20,000 bases of DNA, from the IMG/VR virus record IMGVR_UViG_3300043313_000329. The stretch is one strand, 5' to 3'. Position numbers and translations under genes: made by a program. Position 1 is the stretch's first letter, and the number at the start of each line of letters is the position of its first letter. The stretch is from an uncultured virus (IMG/VR IMGVR_UViG_3300043313_000329) (lineage: Duplodnaviria; Heunggongvirae; Uroviricota; Caudoviricetes). The notes beneath the pieces were generated by a model, which saw only the letters and a list, made by a program, of their open reading frames with translations, was not told where the DNA came from and made no database searches. Below are positions 13,952 through 20,000 of this stretch, one piece after another.

Positions 13952-15013
13952 ATGGCATTGCCCACGTCATTGCAGGAACTGCTTGACCAGATGGAGCCGC
14001 AGGTGCGGCAAGCCTTCCTTGACGCTATTGCCGACATCACTGACGAGACTGTCATATCAGCCCTTGAGAAGGCCATTGCCACCGGCAACATTGAGTATGC
14101 GCTGAGCATCCTCAATCTTGACCCGGTGGTGTTCAATCAGGTGGCTGACAGCGTGGCGGATATCTACAAGTATGCCGCCGTGCTGACTGCCGAGGCCGCC
14201 CGCGCCACCATCAACCCGGCAACCGGGGCGCGCGTGATATTCCGCTTCAATGTACGCTCTCCCCCGGCTGAGGAATGGTTGCGCGTCACCAGCAGCAAGC
14301 TGGTGGTGGGCCTGAGCAACACGGCGCGCGCCACGGTGCGCCAGACCCTTTCAGATGGCATTGCAGCGGGTCAGGGGCCGCGTACAACGGCCTTGGACAT
14401 TGTTGGGCGCATATCTGCCACCACGGGCCGCCGTGAGGGCGGTACGGTGGGTCTGACGCCCGCCATGGCCAAATATGTCAGCAACGCCAAGCTTGAGCTT
14501 CAGTCAGGTGACCCGGCCATGCTGGCCAACTACCTGACACGGGTGAGGCGGGACGCGCGCTTTGACGCCAAGGTCCACAAGGCCATGAAGGCCGGGGTGC
14601 CGCTGCCGCCTGAGGACGTGGCCAAGATGATCGGCAAATACTCAGACAGCCTGCTGAAGCTGCGTGGAGAGAACATAGCGCGTACAGAAACCTTGCTGAG
14701 CCTGCATGCCGGGCAGTCAGAGGCCATCAGGCAGATGGTCAGCAGCGGCAAGGTGCATGAGGACGACGTGGTGAAAATCTGGCGCACCAACCGTGACGGG
14801 CGCGAGCGCCGCAGCCACTATATCCTGCACGGCAAGAAAGTGGGCTTCAACAGCTACTTCATCAGCCCGGCCACCGGGGCCAAGATGCTGCACCCCGGCG
14901 ACCGTGAGCATGGTGCGTTGGGTGAGGATGTCATCAATTGCCGTTGCCATGCGGAGTACAAGGTTGACTACATCGGGGCCGCCGTCAGGCAGGCCAAGAA
15001 GGTGGTCATATGA
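13952..15013 (+). CDS. Phage minor head protein (MuF / SPP1 gp7-like), short form without toxin extension
   Basis: R.ENIARTE, K.W....DGR.R.SH..LHG, MLHPGD....EDVINCRC: hallmark MuF C-terminal motifs. Confidence 0.88.
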   Translation: MALPTSLQELLDQMEPQVRQAFLDAIADITDETVISALEKAIATGNIEYALSILNLDPVVFNQVADSVADIYKYAAVLTAEAARATINPATGARVIFRFNVRSPPAEEWLRVTSSKLVVGLSNTARATVRQTLSDGIAAGQGPRTTALDIVGRISATTGRREGGTVGLTPAMAKYVSNAKLELQSGDPAMLANYLTRVRRDARFDAKVHKAMKAGVPLPPEDVAKMIGKYSDSLLKLRGENIARTETLLSLHAGQSEAIRQMVSSGKVHEDDVVKIWRTNRDGRERRSHYILHGKKVGFNSYFISPATGAKMLHPGDREHGALGEDVINCRCHAEYKVDYIGAAVRQAKKVVI

Positions 15014-15483
15014 GCGGCCAGTTTACAGCCAGCATTGAGCAATGGGTGCTTGACACCAAGGTCTTCGTTGAAGCGGTGATCAAAGAAAGCACGCAAGAGG
15101 TGGTGCGCCTGATGAAGGTGCCCATCAGCGCTGGCGGCAACATGCCTGTGGACACCAGCTTCTTGCAGAACTCACTGGTGGGCGTTGAGGGCGTGGTGAT
15201 ACCGCCCATGGACCCCAGCGCCACCGGCAAGGGCGGCCCGGTGCTGGGCAACGCCGTGGCCATTGAGACGCTGATTGCCAATTGGACACCGGGCACCAGC
15301 ATGTCATTTGGCTTCATCGCCATCTATGCGGCGCGGCAGAATTACGGCTTTACCGGTACCGATAGCCTTGGCCGCAACTACAACCAGCCGGGCCGTCACT
15401 TCGTTGATCTGGCAGTGCAGCAATGGCCACAGATTGTTGAGAGCAACCAGCGCAAGCTAGCCGGGGAGTTGGCGTTCGCATGA
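15010..15483 (+). CDS. HK97 gp10-like tail completion/neck protein
   Basis: GGNMPVDTSFLQNS and YAARQNYGF.G.DSLGR.YNQ.GR.FV..A.Q.W motifs, plus synteny. Confidence 0.8.
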   Translation: MSGQFTASIEQWVLDTKVFVEAVIKESTQEVVRLMKVPISAGGNMPVDTSFLQNSLVGVEGVVIPPMDPSATGKGGPVLGNAVAIETLIANWTPGTSMSFGFIAIYAARQNYGFTGTDSLGRNYNQPGRHFVDLAVQQWPQIVESNQRKLAGELAFA

Positions 15484-15896
15484 CCCCTGAGAAATCTATA
15501 CTGGATGCTTTGCTGACCCACCTTGATGCATGGGCGGGTGACTATCCCATTGTCTGGGGCAACACACAGTATCCCCCGGCAGGCAAGCCCAAGGCTGACA
15601 AGTACGTGGTGGTGAGCTACAGCCCCGGCACGCCCGCGCAGGTGGTCATAGACAGCAGGGACGAGAACCGTCACATGGGTGTGCTGGGCATCAGCATACT
15701 AAGCCCGCTGAACGGTGGTGAGGTGGATAGTCAGGCAATCGGTGGTGATCTTGCCCAGCACTTTCATGGGCAGGTGTTGATCTCAGGTACGGCCAAGGTG
15801 CGCATCACGGCGCGGCCAAGGGTGGCCGGGGGTTATGTAGACGGCGACCGCTGGAGAACTCCGGTGACTGTGCCGTTTGAAACGGTGGCAGTTTAG
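15480..15896 (+). CDS. Tail terminator-like protein (DUF4128-like)
   Basis: I.W.N..Y.P, G.L.ISI..P.N.G, L..HF, W.TPVTVPF; immediately upstream of the tail tube genes. Confidence 0.75.
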   Translation: MTPEKSILDALLTHLDAWAGDYPIVWGNTQYPPAGKPKADKYVVVSYSPGTPAQVVIDSRDENRHMGVLGISILSPLNGGEVDSQAIGGDLAQHFHGQVLISGTAKVRITARPRVAGGYVDGDRWRTPVTVPFETVAV

Positions 15897-15913
15897 AGAA
15901 AGGATTATCTACC

Positions 15914-16393
15914 ATGGCACTCTACCCGGTGGCCGGTTGCAAGCTCTGGATCAGCAATGCGCTCTTCGCTGAGCTTTCAACAGACGTGACCCATGCCAGC
16001 TTTGCTGGCGTGACGTGGGTTGAAGTCAAGAAGTGGACCCAGATGGGCGCTTTCGGTGATGCCAGCCAGCTGATCAGCACTGATCTGATTGGTGAGGGCC
16101 GCACCAAGAAGCAGAAGGGCACCAAGAACGCTGGCAGCATGGCCAACACCTTTGCCAGCGATGTGTCTGACCCCGGCCAGATCAAGTTGCTGGCGGCCAG
16201 CCAGAGTTACGACAACTACGCGTTCAAGATAGAGTTGAACGACAAAACCGGGGCACAGACGCTGAACAGCGTCCGTGAGTTCTACGGCATCGTCATGACT
16301 GCCCAGCAGGCAGGTGGCGGGGCCAATACCGTGCAGACCCTGAATGCCACGGTGGAAATAAACAGTAACATCGCCGTCAATCCGGCATCGTAA
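15914..16393 (+). CDS. Major tail (tube) protein, copy 1
   Basis: RBS GAAAGGA. W.E......MG.FGD..Q.I.......GR..K.KGT.NAGSM, D.GQ..L, YAFKIE.ND, F.G.VM, EINSNI; position before the chaperones. Confidence 0.85.
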   Translation: MALYPVAGCKLWISNALFAELSTDVTHASFAGVTWVEVKKWTQMGAFGDASQLISTDLIGEGRTKKQKGTKNAGSMANTFASDVSDPGQIKLLAASQSYDNYAFKIELNDKTGAQTLNSVREFYGIVMTAQQAGGGANTVQTLNATVEINSNIAVNPAS

Positions 16394-16408
16394 GAAAGGG
16401 TATCTGAA

Positions 16409-16882
16409 ATGGCTCTATATCCTGTTGCCGGGTGCAGAATTTACATCAGCACCAACCTGTTCCCAGAGCAGTCGGCTGACGTTGTGGTTGGTGACTTCAC
16501 CAGCGTGGTCTGGCTGGAAATTGGCAAATGGACCCAGATGGGTGCCTATGGTGACGCTGCCCAGCTGATCAGCACCGACCTGATCGGTGAGGGGCGCACC
16601 AAGAAACAGAAGGGCACCAAGAATGCCGGGTCCATGGCCAACACCTTTGCCACGGATGTCAGCAACACCGGCCAGCAGAAATTGCTGACGGCGGCGGGCA
16701 GCTATGACAACTACGCGTTCAAGGTGGAGCTCAACGACAAGATTACTACTGTCAATTCCACCCGATTGTTCTATGGTCTGGTCATGTCTGCCCAACAGGC
16801 AGGCGGCGGTGCAAATACCGTTCAGACGCTGAACGCCACGGTGGAGATCAACTCAAACATCGTGGCTACAGCAGCCAGTTGA
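16409..16882 (+). CDS. Major tail (tube) protein, copy 2 (paralog)
   Basis: About 74% amino acid identity to copy 1 by hand alignment (118/159); own RBS GAAAGGG. Confidence 0.85.
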   Translation: MALYPVAGCRIYISTNLFPEQSADVVVGDFTSVVWLEIGKWTQMGAYGDAAQLISTDLIGEGRTKKQKGTKNAGSMANTFATDVSNTGQQKLLTAAGSYDNYAFKVELNDKITTVNSTRLFYGLVMSAQQAGGGANTVQTLNATVEINSNIVATAAS

Positions 16883-16899
16883 TTGTTTGAGGAGGTTCT

Positions 16900-17325
16900 A
16901 TGAACGACGTAGGTAGCTTTGACCTGTCGCGTTATGATGGGTTGCAACAAGCTCAGGAAGCGGGTGTTGACGTAGACATCCGTGACCCTAACGGCAAGAA
17001 GTTGGGCATCATCATCAAGGTGGCCGGGCCTGACAGCCTGCGCCAGCGCAAGGCCGTTGAGAAGATGGCGGCTGAGCGTTTGGCGTCTGATGACCCCAGC
17101 CCGCTGAGCCCGGCGGAATTGTTTGACCGGCAGACACGTGGTCTGGCCGTGGCCACCATTAGCTGGAATGAGTTCAAGCTTGACGGCGGCATCTATGAAC
17201 TGACTGAGGATAACGCCTTCAACCTTTACCAGCGCTTTCCATTCATACGTGATCAGGTGGCGGAAAGGGCTGGACGGCGCTCAGCTTTTTTCGGGTTCTG
17301 GAATACAGAAGCCGTAGAGGAATAG
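16900..17325 (+). CDS. Tail assembly chaperone (lambda gpG-like)
   Basis: RBS GAGGAGG. I.VAGPDS, T.SW, A..LY.RFP.IR.QV.......FF; lies between tube and tape measure. Confidence 0.85.
   Translation: MNDVGSFDLSRYDGLQQAQEAGVDVDIRDPNGKKLGIIIKVAGPDSLRQRKAVEKMAAERLASDDPSPLSPAELFDRQTRGLAVATISWNEFKLDGGIYELTEDNAFNLYQRFPFIRDQVAERAGRRSAFFGFWNTEAVEE
17286..17292 (+). other. -1 programmed frameshift slippery site T TTT TTC
   Basis: X XXY YYZ heptamer in the gpG frame (GCT TTT TTC). The -1 frame is open from 17253 through to the stop at 17687. Confidence 0.7.
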
Positions 17326-17687
17326 AAGCGTGGGTTGCTGGCCGCAAGCCAGTAATGCCGGAAGCGGCTGATCATGTGTTCGGGTATTTCCGGGAATTGT
17401 GTTGGACCCGGCGACCCGGTTTCTCAGGGCCCTTGGGCCTTGAGTATGCTGAGATAGAGGCGTGGTGCCGCCTGACGCAGCGCACGTTGGGCCAGCCGGA
17501 GCTTAGACTGCTTATGGAAATGGACAAAGCCTATATCCGGGCCGTCAACAAGAAGCAGGATGAGCCAGAAGAAACCGATAGTGAAGTCAGCAGCCTGCCC
17601 CTGACCGCTGAACTGTTTGACGCGCTATTCGGCGGCGTCAATGACAATCGTAGTGAGCCAACTGACAGGATAAGCACCTATGCCTGA
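17289..17687 (+). CDS. Tail assembly chaperone gpT-like portion, probably made as a ~262-aa G-T frameshift fusion
   Basis: HVF.YF.EL...R..GFSG...L.Y.EI.AW..L.......E..LL..MD..Y motif. ATG 17355 lacks an SD sequence. Confidence 0.75.
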   Translation, partial: FRVLEYRSRRGIEAWVAGRKPVMPEAADHVFGYFRELCWTRRPGFSGPLGLEYAEIEAWCRLTQRTLGQPELRLLMEMDKAYIRAVNKKQDEPEETDSEVSSLPLTAELFDALFGGVNDNRSEPTDRISTYA

Positions 17688-20000
17688 ACTTGGCATTACT
17701 ATCAACACCAGCAACATCCCCGCTGCCGTTGCAGACCTTGACAAGATTGCACCGGCAGCGGCGCGGGCTGAACAGGCCGTCACCAAGCTCACCCAGACTA
17801 CCAACACCCAACTGCAACAGGCGGGCAACACTGCTACGGAGTATGCTCGCAAAATTGAACAGGCCGTGCAGCGTCAGAGCGGCGGTGGGGCTTTGGGACC
17901 AAGCTTTGACTTTGACAAGATGCGGCAGGCCATCCCCGGTATTGAGAAGCTGGGGCGTGAGCTAGATCAGCTGCGCATGAAGTACGTGCCGCTGGCGGCG
18001 GCTGAGGCGCAGCATGCACAGGCGCTGGCTGAGATACAGCGGGCCAACGCTTTGGGGGCGCTTAGCACTGTTGAAATGGCTGCGGCCATAGACAAGCAGA
18101 CGGCAGCCTATAGGCGCTTGCAGGCGCAGGCGGCAGCGTCAGGGCAGACAGGCGGTGCAGCCAACCAAAGCGGTGGCAACCGCGCCATGCAGAACAACAT
18201 GATGTACCAATTTCAGGACATCGCTGTTACCGCTGCCATGGGCATGAGCCCGGCCATGATCGCCCTACAGCAGGGCAGCCAGATGGCTATGAACTTTCAG
18301 GGGGCCGGGGGCATTGGTGCGGGCCTGAAGGGCATGGCCAGCGGCCTTATGGCCATGGTGCAGCCTGCAACGTTGCTACCCATGCTGATAGTAGGTGTGG
18401 GCGCGGCCATGTACCAGTGGCTGACCGGTGCTGAGAAGGGCACCAAAACCCTTGACGAGGCCATGAAACAGCATACCGAGTCGGTCAAGCTGCTCGGTGA
18501 AGCCTACGGTTCGGCTGGTGAAAAGTCCAAGGTGCTATTTTCATCAGGCGGTCAGGACTTTGCCAAGGCCATGATCAGCATGGACATCAAGGGCATACAG
18601 CAGCAAATAGAAAATTTGACCAAATCAACCATAGGCGGCTTGCGCTCAGAAGATGGTTGGATGACTAGCATCATGGGTGGTGCTGGCCCCAATCCGGCAA
18701 CCATGAAAGCGATGGGTGAGGGTTTCGCGGTATTTAAGCCCGCCATAGATAAGTTGATAGAGGCATCGCGCCAAGGCCGTACTGAACTTGAGCAATTCAG
18801 TGAAGATGTGGAGCGCATTTTCCAGCAAGAATTACCTAAGGCGCTGGACCCGGCAGCATTTTCAAATCTACGCGACTCCATACTTCTCTTGGGCAACGAG
18901 GCCATGACTGTAACGGGCAAGTTTGCACCGTTCCAAGAGTCCATCAACAAACTGACTTTGGCATTTGCCGAGGGCAAACTCACGCCTGACCTGTTGCGCC
19001 AGATCAATAATGAAATACGCCTGACCGGGGAGCTGAACGGCTATCAGCAGGCAGCCAATGAAGCCATTGCGCTTGAGAAAGAACTCGTCAACCTGCTGAA
19101 CCTGCTGGAACAGATCCGCATAGCCCAGTTCAGGGCCACTGAGGCTATCCGTGACAGGCTTGCTTCTGAGCGCATGTCTGACAGTGAGGTGAAGGGCTTC
19201 AATGAGCGGCGTGAGCGAGATTGGAAACGGGAAGATGACCGCATAGCCGCTGAGCGCCAGCGCCAGCGGGCGCGCACTGATGAGGAGCGTTTGGCGGCGG
19301 CGCGGGCTGAAGCTGAGGCAAATAACCTAGTTAAAGGCCCTGATCGTGACCGCGCCATCAGTCAGGCGGTTCAGCGTGAGCGCGACAAGATCAATCAGGA
19401 AGAAGCCGACGCCCTGCGCAAGCGCACTGAGGGTCTGGATGACCTGTTGGGCAAGCAGGCACTTGAGTTTGAACTGTTGGGCAAGACAGCTGGTCAGCAG
19501 GCTGCGCTGCGTGAGGAATATCAGCGTACTGAGGAATACCGCAAATTTGCTCAGGAGCGCGGTATTGAAATGGATCAAAAGGAGCTTGACCTGATCCATG
19601 AAAAGACCAAGGCATACGGTGAACTGCTTGATCAGCTGAACAACCAGAAGCTTATGCAGGATCTGCTGTTTGAGCAAAGCTTGGTCACCATGAACGCCAC
19701 TGAGGCGGGCATAGCGCGGCGGCTGCGTGGCACCGGGCTGGGTATGGATAGCCCACAGGCTGGGGTCATGCGTGACACTGCCGCTCAAACCGAGCTAGTC
19801 AGCTTTGCCCGTGGCACGGCCAAAGACTTCCTAGGCAGCTTTGCTGACGTGCTGACGGCGGGCGGCGATGACATGGGCAAGAAGCTAGTTGAGGCGCTGG
19901 TGGGCTCAGCCCAGCGCACGCTAGACAAGATACTGGACCGCCTGCTGGATGACATCATCAACACCATCCTGTTTGGGCAGGGCGGTCAGGGCGGTGGCGG
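17680..20000 (+). CDS. Tape measure protein (3' partial; absent from the ORF track because it has no stop in the window)
   Basis: ATG 17680 begins MPELGITINTSNIPAAVADLDKI. Contains the lambda-type TMP motif MYQFQDIAVTAAMGMSPAMIALQQGSQ (~18202-18282). Ala/Glu/Gln-rich helical sequence with no stop seen to the window end. Confidence 0.92.
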   Translation, partial: MPELGITINTSNIPAAVADLDKIAPAAARAEQAVTKLTQTTNTQLQQAGNTATEYARKIEQAVQRQSGGGALGPSFDFDKMRQAIPGIEKLGRELDQLRMKYVPLAAAEAQHAQALAEIQRANALGALSTVEMAAAIDKQTAAYRRLQAQAAASGQTGGAANQSGGNRAMQNNMMYQFQDIAVTAAMGMSPAMIALQQGSQMAMNFQGAGGIGAGLKGMASGLMAMVQPATLLPMLIVGVGAAMYQWLTGAEKGTKTLDEAMKQHTESVKLLGEAYGSAGEKSKVLFSSGGQDFAKAMISMDIKGIQQQIENLTKSTIGGLRSEDGWMTSIMGGAGPNPATMKAMGEGFAVFKPAIDKLIEASRQGRTELEQFSEDVERIFQQELPKALDPAAFSNLRDSILLLGNEAMTVTGKFAPFQESINKLTLAFAEGKLTPDLLRQINNEIRLTGELNGYQQAANEAIALEKELVNLLNLLEQIRIAQFRATEAIRDRLASERMSDSEVKGFNERRERDWKREDDRIAAERQRQRARTDEERLAAARAEAEANNLVKGPDRDRAISQAVQRERDKINQEEADALRKRTEGLDDLLGKQALEFELLGKTAGQQAALREEYQRTEEYRKFAQERGIEMDQKELDLIHEKTKAYGELLDQLNNQKLMQDLLFEQSLVTMNATEAGIARRLRGTGLGMDSPQAGVMRDTAAQTELVSFARGTAKDFLGSFADVLTAGGDDMGKKLVEALVGSAQRTLDKILDRLLDDIINTILFGQGGQGGG

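Noticed and set aside
16900..17687. Pseudogene or sequencing frameshift in the chaperone
   Set aside because: Matches the conserved programmed G/GT frameshift arrangement.
17690..20000. Apparent gene-poor region with only short ORFs in the track
   Set aside because: It is the tape measure gene from 17680, omitted because its stop lies outside the window; the short ORFs are shadows.

Overview
This window is a contiguous, entirely plus-strand virion morphogenesis module of a GC-rich tailed dsDNA phage or prophage. It looks siphovirus-like; an alphaproteobacterial host is plausible but is only an inference. Gene order: terminase large subunit 3' end, small ORF, portal, a ~8 kb insert between portal and scaffold, scaffold, major capsid, head-tail joining genes, MuF-like minor head protein, HK97 gp10-like, tail terminator, TWO tandem paralogous tail tube genes, a tail chaperone pair joined by a probable -1 frameshift, and a tape measure gene running off the end. 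The insert holds a fibre cassette (adaptor, collagen/collar/HxH fibre, chaperone, unknown) and two large coupled effector-like proteins, a Nudix + ParB/Srx-like protein and an R-S-ExE ADP-ribosyltransferase. These two share an N-terminal KHKRDxxG[KR]F motif and a ~55-aa repeated domain, and are followed by a small ORF with its own expression signals. That cassette is the best candidate for an undescribed system (virion-loaded ADP-ribose writer/processor pair). Also notable: three same-architecture hairpins in the capsid gene leader and apparent TCG/CGA avoidance. All calls come from motif recognition and synteny; no database searches were run.
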